NCBI GenBank assembly: GCA_964035575.1
Contig: OZ037834.1
Span: 310,001 to 374,000, forward strand
Source of the DNA: Rhynchopus sp. YZ270_cl-10
Lineage: Eukaryota
DNA length: 64,000 bases
Direction of reading: 5' to 3'
The notes beneath the pieces are model-generated. The model saw only the letters and a program-made list of their open reading frames with translations, had not been told where the DNA came from and did no database searches. Positions 62,901 to 64,000 of this stretch are shown piece by piece. Position 1 is the stretch's first letter, and each line of letters starts with the position of its first letter. The position numbers were made by a program, and so were the translations under genes.

Positions 62901-64000
62901 TGAGAAGGCCATTACGTGCACAGGTGCAGGTCAGACCTGCGAGGACAAGCTCCTGACCACACCTGACGACTGGGTCTGCACCTGTCCTCCACCGTCACAC
63001 GGTGATGCTGTTGCTGACAAGGCTGACTGTGTCTTGGATGAGTGCATTGAGACATGCCCGACCTGTGCAAATGCAACCTGTTCCAGTGTGGGTCAGACTT
63101 GCATTGACCCGGACACGAACTCGCTTGTGCTGAACGACTGGCTGTGCAAGTGCACAGTTGGTACTGGCAGCGCCACAGGAACAGCTGCAGCATGCATCTG
63201 CAACGAGTGTGATGTGCACAACGCAACATGTGCTGCAGCAGGACAGACTTGTTTCGAACCGAACGATCTTTGTGCTGTACCTAACGACTGGTTGTGCAAG
63301 TGCTCGCCACCTTCTATTTCAGAGAAACTTGGTGGGGTTGCGATCTGCAGATACGACGAATGTGACGAGAAGGGAGGCATCTGTACTTCAGCATCGCAGA
63401 CTTGCACAGACCCTGATGACACCGTTTACGACAACTGGTTCTGTACTTGCCAGTCTCCGAAGTCTGGTGTTGCGACTGCAGCAACAGCGAACTGCACAAT
63501 TGACGAGTGTGAAGAGACCTGTGCAACTTGTTCTGCTGACACCTGCACTTCAGTTGGCCAGACGTGCACCGACCCCAACACTGACGACGGATCTCTTGGT
63601 GACTGGGTCTGCGACTGTGTGTTGCCTGGTATCGGTTCTTCAACAGCAGCATCTGCGACGTGTGTGTGCAACGAATGCCTTGCGAATGGCATCACCTGCA
63701 CAGGAGCCGACCAGACTTGCTTCGACAGCGACCAGACTTGCCCTCCGAAGAGTGATTGGGTGTGCACATGCAAGGCTCCATCTGCGAGTGAGAAGGTTGC
63801 TGGTGTTGCCATCTGCGAGTACGATGAGTGCACTGAGAAGGCCATTACGTGCACAGGTGCAGGTCAGACCTGCGAGGACAAGCTCCTGACCACACCTGAC
63901 GACTGGGTTTGCACCTGTCCTCCACCGTCGCACGGTGATGCTGTTGCTGACAAGGCTGACTGTGTCTTGGATGAGTGCATTGAGACGTGCCCGACCTGTG
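29980..64000 (+). CDS. Giant secreted/surface Cys-rich protein, 3' end outside the window (>11,340 codons): signal peptide, C-type lectin, Cys repeats, 5 vWA domains, long EGF-like arrays
   Basis: ATG at 29980 follows a pyrimidine tract and AG. Translation starts MGADLRTLLWPTVVWLAVLQTFFTTSEA. Spot-checked lines read open in this frame, and the ORF track lists no stop-terminated ORF in this frame past 29980, consistent with no stop to the window end. Confidence 0.92.
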   Translation, partial: MGADLRTLLWPTVVWLAVLQTFFTTSEARIAFDYKKNVYFMGRLDCHSIHFTTGDCTCKTPLEQVVVRIDENFQYRRDYLYCDSCSADGVSYSYNKYKGILTLTADPPIPMEDFISVLATKVRFRSTSKSTKVRRVSWSYGSVPRNPENGHLYKITYMTDLNGRSCGRNECPWDRAQAICADPKNDQFGLIGYLATVTSKEENDFLSGMHTSKTRYVYLGATDAGTEGQWKWVTGPEGCPDTYDPNGAPALRSACDLGYPLPVQKDPCTGTQCTGGTDLSYTKWSSAQPNEGGSRCNRYSDCRASGQDYMTMTRDGYWGDFSYYASSSRYYACEWGGVGELCMDKEDFGGSEELFLSCSYIRRKSSCKSAAPVGRCEWSGGKCRDGSCYKFDTESECDTDLSCDWDTAVKPVQCVVGYCQTHYLEQDTCNADDRHPCHWYSDIASPNQCQTLDCTIIHERCDCLHQHEHCFWDGASCLTLDTTVGCSRHYTDEAACHADLECSWNSNFELPCVTSACYYQCDEATCLSHTCHWTGSRCENDPTDCASLDEATCKTTGKCIWNAFYKPGQCTEDVCRPMTDIPACESLEVQAPLPCVIVAGGGDPDFCNVSPCHWMPGSLFPCEPKLCMHLDPTSCDADEQCKWDAPNPIDPTLGPGDIVLYCKELLCEYSSQPACEADIEQRCEWDASGNCVPLPCVEAITENQCSDDPQCHWDVQIQPPRCVLSKCSREGRTKEACVEHPDCMWVSSTATSPIAHCKVLDCSSLDTACQCYENPICTFNAVTGECNPPIYTTCPDLDIGFLIDGSGSMSRSFGGHPHGFYALIALMKEWVSSVPLTGEDYTVGGDSVARGKGFRVSFTQFSRADPGPGVDHPIHCSVGQCANGHLTGDLDELLGELEWHRTHYQRYWTYIHDALADVADNTFDPAHSPPHRMHVVVIIADGGLTDFTGRACSINQYPCPTGKDWRYKPEYLGMVQDAYERLMDDNVVVFGIVMKRYSYRTVYDIDAEVTMKKLVTQPADEHYLPLEVEEIKSDVLYALCDPTSTFGRVISPPVNLTHLPCPSWGFQDECNADAQCEWQTPALTTCEGENMENACPNLNCHNVPSLYKNAYACNQCVLARSIITCGNTIVGGILGTCQPTHCIHCCDANCCEADPACNWIPGVDACERRVCEYTTEAECNTDPDLLCEWNTTASPPTCQLKHCEATFIMEKCDLKPECEWDASTIASPPECLKVDVCNTHITEADCHADTTCQWNCTESTCRQSECYVTSEVECKALDECLWDHTHGCKENHCADFESDIECSATCNNCTWDDSATRPHCREVLCMSYSETECANVTNCRWVGGECIESYCAKYEENVAACGQDPRCEFLADVDPAGCFPTDCTATHGGIPFHDLDATTCTADANCKTAVDSTGDPICVPQLCSDFLSACDCNDLPDCYWDSVAGSCVNPAREACPDLDVAILLGSPDALDGEFSGYYDGFEGLINEIQSFVSTTTLTGESSTVPSTATGGNMRLAFIQYGATGGVWQCKNDGSGCAGNCSNPLLPTGAQCTDGGFSGLRDEIVTDLNWHQNNIMASSDNYLPAALDAAATLFATTPTHRQKVLIIVNNFPLSPVDPQQTEIPAKMTALAASSVHTFTAVVRDQPLPTAAETLAETVFKPIASAPSDTHYAGVQLTQLSTVLSEMCMPGGTFGAEISKLSNPTAAALPCNSWGSETTCRADPACAWNAATPVCTGAGECANINCRTLALGQTGFQCSECTLVAGSVVCTAGASYPVSGYCDISPCQDSCTEPLCEAASGGCTWDATQCETTQCDYVDEPTCEADPICVWNTTAEPEECTVTECLHFAPGTCDADSACMWDPNTEECIAKVPDCASLTSPQACNAHYTDACGWDCETGTCTVKHCIHPFDTECLADPLCLWDDDSELCHKIRCTATTEQTCSTDVACTWDGSSCTMHACYKHASEFLCESDPNCFFSTDDCSICQIRECSATYGTATADCTADLLGIHCQVDPTSGTCVDLKCDDYNALINGGACPCKEDVRCEFDQSVTPPKCKKAEYENCPNLDIAIALDASCLTNDYFGMHPSGFEGMLEVVRDFIRVAPLTGEDASVGVGSTDATDSMRFALSTYTTDAEVAECPECSCGSTSLGINAGTTECGKFTGSRAQLEADLAWHRENHDPTSSCNPSLQSLMDFASNLFVESGPSRTKVLVILGKGNADVGVVAVRDALAAIGVKVFAVQVTKNAVPSVLDNDMAGKMQASLVTAPATSTQVTTDLAGVRAQFEQFCSPTGSFGSVVTQGLVTSSNIKACSELGTSTFCNEKATCQWSSAAVACEDHPCFPHCSEVLCLADTPNNCVWDATTHTCQKTICEDIATPTACTNNPVCTYDVAAAPACFPTPCLASTEADCNVMGAGCTWDGDTCIVTPCYHNDTANCEAEAGCEWDNVCPDPADHLCKVTPCVAAVHSTAQGCDADPVCQWSAQSSCERLACTEFTTEKCCTSFEDCTWDISQTPVVCSLKYCQKTYATASVSAACTDDTQCEFNTTSQTCVAKNCNDLEECDCRADPVCYWDTTTSPIENCRNAEYGECPIMDIVFLVDASTQMTRQFGRHANGFTGVMSLLRSWAGTLPLSGELGGTDAATPSGIRIGVIQFAGQKPSGPFAGSSRALITPTSVGSEGRLTGEYGEVSGDITWQSQNMLATSDVMLEKGLTAAGDMFDPLHALNGRRRVLIIITQGVVHDTLSLLSAQRVLSDEQVEVFGIVIRSASPTQTSIDAETELKKIASNPADSYVQGVTLDELGATLLETMCKPDGTFGQIIVPPASSTARIPCGNYAADAQLCSRDAGCVFDAVTEFCIDSSCIRHCEESVCTADTAGLCVWNSTTDECWKETLCSHTTETTCDADVTGCTWNSSATPPCEERECNLPTQDSCEALPLCYWDPTITPFACNPLPCLYDAATPCGNDPACEWKVSACSGEDVCVERICLHGVQDECTTDPLCEWDGSGCVEQKCARYTSEGCCGAVDECAWTPDSSVCEVEECSLLGDADTCDANPLCQYRANATGTEKCLPLVCSTLTARCECNQRINCYHKSNPTTGQCTPSEYGLCPTMDIGVLLDGSLSMTRSFGSHRNGFEAVGEIMRRWVSELPLNFEPGGTQAGSTPDNGGARVGFVQYGADDATGTAVSKLAPFALAGGSGGMLSGVASELGADITWHESNVYSKGSRIGSALQKAQLMFAAAPVDARRHIMFVIADDEILDSGSVLGSIPADVEVFGIVIRRGAAKTATDAAAEKSLKQITSDDHVTNIEISELAAVLNGLCDPNGPWGSMLVTAAPAPTTGVHFPCPDYVVKSTCEEDVGCLWSDAGVRCEDHPCLGFCTEPECEAAAATANCSWNTTADSCFKEPTPVCTCKYNTTDIAYNKDKCSADVLCTWDVALSECMFDECKGDNLCATVGQSCADPNIMPCSQKDWVCTCPDPSTGSGTAQVAACVIDECADTCPTCAGSACTAGFQECDDPDTSADSLSDWVCACIPPATGVALAGTAQCVLDECTVATNCAGCELDLCSKSGQTCNDPNTDSQSTGDWICICAPPSTATSVTSLADCSVDECDLYSTCVDAGQTCNDPDLLQQGDWVCTCPPPSSGTAVQQVSVCTLDECDVQGCPTCADDTCGPGQTCDDPNTYADQLSDWTCTCIAPSTGKATANAAVCALNECVIQNCPTCANSICTDASQTCFDPSPVTTSTEDWLCVCAPPANATKLQGPAVCHFDECETHSGTCTAVDQTCEDPDTLKQGDWMCLCVTPFAGTATAQPADCTLDECDVQDCLTCANSTCSDAGQTCVDADTAGTSLFSWECVCPAPSSGSAVANSAQCDLDECDIVGCATCEDDLCANGGQTCLDPNPYMKNLGDWFCICAPPSNATLVGALADCRVDECVINAAVCDNSGQTCADPDLHNQDDWTCNCPSPATGVATALAASCVLDECVVQNCPTCANSTCTDATQTCVEPDADWHSLNDWVCVCPPPSVGNATSNVAVCALDECTATCTSCEADVCSAGGQTCQDPKPFYTDKNDWFCACPPPSNATLVGALADCRVDECVMHGSTCTASDQTCTDPDLLVEHDWMCVCPPPATGSATAQVSDCVLDECLVQNCPTCANTTCTDNDQTCSDPDTDWNAVNDWVCTCPPPSTGSAIANFAECALNECTVPSCDTCEKDVCSNGGQTCIDPIPLYTTKSDWICACPPPSNATLVGGLADCRVDECSFYGGTCTNVGQTCDDPDQLVEHDWTCNCPSPVTGVATALAASCVLDECVVQNCPTCANSTCTDATQTCVEPDADWHSLNDWVCVCPPPSVGNATSNVAVCALDECTATCTSCEADVCSAGGQTCQDPKPFYTDKNDWFCACPPPSNATLVGALADCRVDECVMHGSTCTASDQTCTDPDLLVEHDWMCVCPSPATGSATAQVSDCVLDECLVQNCPTCANTTCTDNDQTCSDPDTDWNAVNDWVCTCPPPSTGSAIANFAECALNECTVPSCDTCEKDVCSNGGQTCIDPIPLYTTKSDWICACPPPSNATLVGGLADCRVDECSFYGGTCTNVGQTCDDPDQLVEHDWTCNCPSPATGVATALAASCVLDECVVQNCPTCANSTCTDATQTCVEPDADWHSLNDWVCVCPPPSVGNATSNVAVCALDECTATCPSCEADVCSAGGQTCQDPKPFYTDKNDWFCACPPPSNATLVGALADCRVDECVMHGSTCTASDQTCTDPDLLVEHDWMCVCPSPATGSATAQVSDCVLDECLVQNCPTCANTTCTDNDQTCSDPDTDWNAVNDWVCTCPPPSTGSAIANFAECALNECTVPTCDTCEKDVCSNGGQTCIDPIPLYTTKSDWICACPPPSNATLVGGLADCRVDECSFYGGTCTNVGQTCDDPDQLVEHDWTCNCPSPATGVATALAASCVLDECVVQNCPTCANSTCTDATQTCVEPDADWHSLNDWVCVCPPPSVGNATSNVAVCALDECTATCPSCEADVCSAGGQTCQDPKPFYTDKNDWFCACPPPSNATLVGALADCRVDECVMHGSTCTASDQTCTDPDLLVEHDWMCVCPSPATGSATAQVSDCVLDECLVQNCPTCANTTCTDNDQTCSDPDTDWNAVNDWVCTCPPPSTGSAIANFAECALNECTVPSCDTCEKDVCSNGGQTCIDPIPLYTTKSDWICACPPPSNATLVGGLADCRVDECSFYGGTCTNVGQTCDDPDQLVEHDWTCNCPSPATGVATALAASCVLDECVVQNCPTCANSTCTDATQTCVEPDADWHSLNDWVCVCPPPSVGNATSNVAVCALDECTATCPSCEADVCSAGGQTCQDPKPFYTDKNDWFCACPPPSNATLVGALADCRVDECVMHGSTCTASDQTCTDPDLLVEHDWMCVCPPPATGSATAQVSDCVLDECLVQNCPTCANTTCTDNDQTCSDPDTDWNAVNDWVCTCPPPSTGSAIANFAECALNECTVPTCDTCEKDVCSNGGQTCIDPIPLYTTKSDWICACPPPSNATLVGGLADCRVDECSFYGGTCTNVGQTCDDPDQLVEHDWTCNCPSPATGVATALAASCVLDECVVQNCPTCANSTCTDATQTCVEPDADWHSLNDWVCVCPPPSVGNATSNVAVCALDECTATCPSCEADVCSAGGQTCQDPKPFYTDKNDWFCACPPPSNATLVGALADCRVDECTLYGTTCTSGGQLCTDPDLLVEHDWMCVCPSPATGSATAQVSDCVLDECLVQNCPTCANTTCTDNDQTCSDPDTDWNAVNDWVCTCPPPSTGSAIANFAECALNECTVPSCDTCEKDVCSNGGQTCIDPIPLYTTKSDWICACPPPSNATLVGGLADCRVDECSFYGGTCTNVGQTCDDPDQLVEHDWTCNCPSPATGVATALAASCVLDECVVQNCPTCANSTCTDATQTCVEPDADWHSLNDWVCVCPPPSVGNATSNVAVCALDECTATCPSCEADVCSAGGQTCQDPKPFYTDKNDWFCACPPPSNATLVGALADCRVDECVMHGSTCTASDQTCKDPDLLVEHDWMCVCPSPATGSATAQVSDCVLDECLVQNCPTCANTTCTDNDQTCSDPDTDWNAVNDWVCTCPPPSTGSAIANFAECALNECTVPSCDTCEKNICGASGQTCIDPIPLYTTKSDWICACPPPSNATLVGGLADCRVDECSFYGGTCTNVGQTCDDPDQLVEHDWTCNCPSPATGVATALAASCVLDECVVQNCPTCANSTCTDATQTCVEPDADWHSLNDWVCVCPPPSVGNATSNVAVCALDECTATCPSCEANLCSNNGQTCQDPKPFYTDKNDWFCACPPPSNATLVGALADCRVDECTLYGTTCTSGGQLCTDPDLLVEHDWMCVCPSPATGSATAQVSDCVLDECLVQNCPTCANTTCTDNDQTCSDPDTDWNAVNDWVCTCPPPSTGSAIANFAECALNECTVPSCDTCEKDVCSNGGQTCIDPIPLYTTKSDWICACPPPSNATLVGGLADCRVDECSFYGGTCTNVGQTCDDPDQLVEHDWTCNCPSPATGVATALAASCVLDECVVQNCPTCANSTCTDATQTCVEPDADWHSLNDWVCVCPPPSVGNATSNVAVCALDECTATCPSCEADVCSNNGQTCQDPKPFYTDKNDWFCACPPPSNATLVGALADCRVDECTLYGTTCTSGGQLCTDPDLLVEHDWMCVCPSPATGSATAQVSDCVLDECLVQNCPTCANTTCTDNDQTCSDPDTDWNAVNDWVCTCPPPSTGSAIANFAECALNECTVPSCDTCEKDVCSNGGQTCIDPIPLYTTKSDWICACPPPSNATLVGGLADCRVDECSFYGGTCTNVGQTCDDPDQLVEHDWTCNCPSPATGVATALAASCVLDECVVQNCPTCANSTCTDATQTCVEPDADWHSLNDWVCVCPPPSVGNATSNVAVCALDECTATCPSCEANLCSNNGQTCQDPKPFYTDKNDWFCACPPPSNATLVGALADCRVDECTLYGTTCTSGGQLCTDPDLLVEHDWMCVCPSPATGSATAQVSDCVLDECLVQNCPTCANTTCTDNDQTCSDPDTDWNAVNDWVCTCPPPSTGSAIANFAECALNECTVPSCDTCEKDVCSNGGQTCIDPIPLYTTKSDWICACPPPSNATLVGGLADCRVDECSFYGGTCTNVGQTCDDPDQLVEHDWTCNCPSPATGVATALAASCVLDECVVQNCPTCANSTCTDATQTCVEPDADWHSLNDWVCVCPPPSVGNATSNVAVCALDECTATCPSCEANLCSNNGQTCQDPKPFYTDKNDWFCACPPPSNATLVGALADCRVDECTLYGTTCTSGGQLCTDPDLLVEHDWMCVCPSPATGSATAQVSDCVLDECLVQNCPTCANTTCTDNDQTCSDPDTDWNAVNDWVCTCPPPSTGSAIANFAECALNECTVPSCDTCEKDVCSNGGQTCIDPIPLYTTKSDWICACPPPSNATLVGGLADCRVDECSFYGGTCTNVGQTCDDPDQLVEHDWTCNCPSPATGVATALAASCVLDECVVQNCPTCANSTCTDATQTCVEPDADWHSLNDWVCVCPPPSVGNATSNVAVCALDECTATCPSCEANLCSNNGQTCQDPKPFYTDKNDWFCACPPPSNATLVGALADCRVDECTLYGTTCTSGGQLCTDPDLLVEHDWMCVCPSPATGSATAQVSDCVLDECLVQNCPTCANTTCTDNDQTCSDPDTDWNAVNDWVCTCPPPSTGSAIANFAECALNECTVPSCDTCEKDVCSNGGQTCIDPIPLYTTKSDWICACPPPSNATLVGGLADCRVDECSFYGGTCTNVGQTCDDPDQLVEHDWTCNCPSPATGVATALAASCVLDECVVQNCPTCANSTCTDATQTCVEPDADWHSLNDWVCVCPPPSVGNATSNVAVCALDECTATCPSCEADVCSAGGQTCQDPKPFYTDKNDWFCACPPPSNATLVGALADCRVDECEKHGITCTNGGQLCTDPDLLVEHDWMCVCPSPATGSATAQVSDCVLDECLVQNCPTCANTTCTDNDQTCSDPDTDWNAVNDWVCTCPPPSTGSAIANFAECALNECTVPSCDTCEKDVCSNGGQTCIDPIPLYTTKSDWICACPPPSNATLVGGLADCRVDECSFYGGTCTNVGQTCDDPDQLVEHDWTCNCPSPATGVATALAASCVLDECVVQNCPTCANSTCTDATQTCVEPDADWHSLNDWVCVCPPPSVGNATSNVAVCALDECTATCPSCESDVCSAGGQTCQDPKPFYTDKNDWFCACPPPSNATLVGALADCRVDECTLYGTTCTSGGQLCTDPDLLVEHDWMCVCPSPATGSATAQVSDCVLDECLVQNCPTCANTTCTDNDQTCSDPDTDWNAVNDWVCTCPPPSTGSAIANFAECALNECTMPSCDTCEKDVCSNGGQTCIDPIPLYTTKSDWICACPPPSNATLVGGLADCRVDECSFYGGTCTNVGQTCDDPDQLVEHDWTCNCPSPATGVATALAASCVLDECVVQNCPTCANSTCTDATQTCVEPDADWHSLNDWVCVCPPPSVGNATSNVAVCALDECTATCPSCESDVCSAGGQTCQDPKPFYTDKNDWFCACPPPSNATLVGALADCRVDECTLYGTTCTSGGQLCTDPDLLVEHDWMCVCPPPATGSATAQVSDCVLDECLVQNCPTCANTTCTDNDQTCSDPDTDWNAVNDWVCTCPPPSTGSAIANFAECALNECTVPSCDTCEKDVCSNGGQTCIDPIPLYTTKSDWICACPPPSNATLVGGLADCRVDECSFYGGTCTNVGQTCDDPDQLVEHDWTCNCPSPATGVATALAASCVLDECVVQNCPTCANSTCTDATQTCVEPDADWHSLNDWVCVCPPPSVGNATSNVAVCALDECTATCPSCEADVCSAGGQTCQDPKPFYTDKNDWFCACPPPSNATLVGALADCRVDECTLYGTTCTSGGQLCTDPDLLVEHDWMCVCPSPATGSATAQVSDCVLDECLVQNCPTCANTTCTDNDQTCSDPDTDWNAVNDWVCTCPPPSTGSAIANFAECALNECTVPSCDTCEKDVCSNGGQTCIDPIPLYTTKSDWICACPPPSNATLVGGLADCSFDECDLYRDTCVKADQLCEDTNLLSLDDWECVCPSPATGRNTAAVSSCVIDECTATCASCADTTCTGAGQECLDVDTDWRSLNDWNCSCIAPLVGSAVVSVATCTIDECAATCAHCANGACSPGQTCFDPDHSAQNTSNWVCTCEPPTHNFKVAGTANCEIDECREHEETCHEHGQVCVDPDKTPSSLNDWVCLCVPPAVEPLVNATMTAAHCHYTGECEDDPAIAAICTDKGQNCYDPFPNPSSTGDWQCVCVDPAKGSNATAAPADCVLDQCIEVCASCADIGDGNGNVCASEGQTCVDPDVSALILHDWYCLCVSPLTQVGGAAPASLLKPALCELDECTATCGTCSADTCTSVSQTCLDSNKDPGATADWTCTCTTGVGVATAKAATCVCNECLANSNTCTNAGQTCLDHDMTCPSQSDWICECAPPSVSTNTAAVAICEYNECDAHSSTCTAKSQTCTDPSLTTADDWFCTCQSPKSGVATAAAADCTIDECAETCATCSADTCTSVGQTCTDPNTDDGSLGDWTCTCVLPGVGTSTAASATCVCNECLANGITCTGADQTCFDSDQTCPPKSDWVCTCKAPSASEKVAGVAICEYDECTEKAITCTGAGQTCEDKLLTTPDDWVCTCPPPSHGDAVADKADCVLDECIETCPSCANATCSSVGQTCIDPDTNSLVLNDWLCKCTVGTGSATGTAAACICNECDVHNATCAAAGQTCFEPNDLCAVPNDWLCKCSPPSISEKLGGVAICRYDECDEKGGICTSASQTCTDPDDTVYDNWFCTCQSPKSGVATAATANCTIDECTETCATCSADTCTSVGQTCTDPNTDDGSLGDWTCTCVLPGIGSSTAASATCVCNECLANGITCTGADQTCFDSDQTCPPKSDWVCTCKAPSASEKVAGVAICEYDECTEKAITCTGAGQTCEDKLLTTPDDWVCTCPPPSHGDAVADKADCVLDECIETCPTCANATCSSVGQTCIDPDTSSLVLNDWLCKCTVGTGSATGTAAACICNECDVHNATCAAAGQTCFEPNDLCAVPDDWLCKCSPPSISEKLGGVAICRYDECDEKGGICTSASQTCTDPDDTVYDNWFCTCQSPKSGVATAAAADCTIDECTETCATCSADTCTSVGQTCTDPNTDDGSLGDWTCTCVLPGIGSSTAASATCVCNECLANGITCTGADQTCFDSDQTCPPKSDWVCTCKAPSASEKVAGVAICEYDECTEKAITCTGAGQTCEDKLLTTPDDWVCTCPPPSHGDAVADKADCVLDECIETCPTCANATCSSVGQTCIDPDTNSLVLNDWLCKCTVGTGSATGTAAACICNECDVHNATCAAAGQTCFEPNDLCAVPNDWLCKCSPPSISEKLGGVAICRYDECDEKGGICTSASQTCTDPDDTVYDNWLCTCQSPKSGVATAAAADCTIDECTETCATCSADTCTSVGQTCTDPNTDDGSLGDWTCDCVLPGVGTSTAASATCVCNECLANGITCTGADQTCFDSDQTCPPKSDWVCTCKAPSASEKVAGVAICEYDECTEQSITCTGAGQTCEDKLLTTPDDWVCTCPPPSHGDAVADKADCVLDECIETCPTCANATCSSVGQTCIDPDTNSLVLNDWLCKCTVGTGSATGTAAACICNECDVHNVTCAAAGQTCFEPNDLCAVPNDWLCKCSPPSISEKLGGVAICRYDECDEKGGICTSASQTCTDPDDTVYDNWFCTCQSPKSGVATAATANCTIDECTETCATCSADTCTSVGQTCTDPNTDDGSLGDWTCTCVLPGIGSSTAASATCVCNECLANGITCTGADQTCFDSDQTCPPKSDWVCTCKAPSASEKVAGVAICEYDECTEKAITCTGAGQTCEDKLLTTPDDWVCTCPPPSHGDAVADKADCVLDECIETCPTCANATCSSVGQTCIDPDTNSLVLNDWLCKCTVGTGSATGTAAACICNECDVHNATCAAAGQTCFEPNDLCAVPNDWLCKCSPPSISEKLGGVAICRYDECDEKGGICTSASQTCTDPDDTVYDNWFCTCQSPKSGVATAATANCTIDECEETCATCSADTCTSVGQTCTDPNTDDGSLGDWVCDCVLPGIGSSTAASATCVCNECLANGITCTGADQTCFDSDQTCPPKSDWVCTCKAPSASEKVAGVAICEYDECTEKAITCTGAGQTCEDKLLTTPDDWVCTCPPPSHGDAVADKADCVLDECIETCPTC
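30421..30990 (+). other. C-type lectin-like domain of the giant protein
   Basis: ENGHLY...WDRAQAIC...GYLATVTSKEENDFL...YLGATD...EGQWKWVTGPE...YTKWSSAQPN...WGD...ACEWG. Confidence 0.85.
32359..39930 (+). other. Five von Willebrand factor A domains separated by Cys-rich spacers (starts ~32359, 34342, 36160, 37738, 39289)
   Basis: CPDLDIGFLIDGSGS, CPDLDVAILLGSPDA, CPNLDIAIALDASCL, CPIMDIVFLVDASTQ, CPTMDIGVLLDGSLS. Later vWA-type strands include RVGFVQY, VVVIIADG and VFGIVI. Confidence 0.85.
41834..57353 (+). repeat. Coding tandem array 1: 975 bp (325 aa) unit, ~16 near-identical copies
   Basis: Exact 975 bp period (shadow ORFs at 42038, 43013, 43988, 44963...). Unit is six (D/N)EC...QTC...DWxCxCP modules. 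Confidence 0.95.
58769..64000 (+). repeat. Coding tandem array 2: 933 bp (311 aa) unit, >5.5 copies, runs off the window
   Basis: 933 bp period (shadow ORFs at 59426, 60359, 61292). Six Cys modules per unit. Confidence 0.95.

Noticed and set aside
29984..63933. Numerous ORFs in the track, including 1061, 705, 632 and 535 aa minus-strand ORFs
   Set aside because: Shadow frames of the giant + strand gene; they repeat with the same 975/933 bp period and have no independent protein motifs.
1..64000. tRNA, rRNA or spliced-leader RNA genes
   Set aside because: No cloverleaf, rRNA-like or recognisable SL sequence seen by eye; tRNAscan-SE or Infernal would be needed to exclude them.

Overview
Eukaryotic genomic window, standard genetic code. 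Long intronless genes sit behind pyrimidine tract + AG motifs, which suggests an SL trans-splicing protist such as a euglenozoan (inference only). (1) 1-19.5 kb is an A/T-homopolymer-rich, repeat-dense region. It holds one intact tyrosine-recombinase (Crypton-like) ORF (4860-5876, minus) inside nested inverted repeats and between two ~155-160 nt foldback hairpins. Both hairpins carry strand-specific ssDNA motifs (tandem GA/GA mismatches and a C-GCA-G triloop), and a candidate empty target site lies at ~15.87 kb. The region also has a non-autonomous hAT element, TA-flanked MITEs and four families of ~35-55 nt hairpin repeats that appear almost all co-oriented. (2) 19.9-29.8 kb has two paralogous ~950 aa genes of unknown function, the first split by a 1-nt frameshift, plus a ~1.4 kb segmental duplication. 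(3) From 29980 to the window end is one uninterrupted + strand ORF of >11,300 codons, absent from the ORF track because it has no stop in the window. It encodes a signal peptide, a C-type lectin domain, Cys-rich repeats, five vWA domains, then two tandem arrays (975 bp x ~16; 933 bp x >5) of EGF-like Cys modules.
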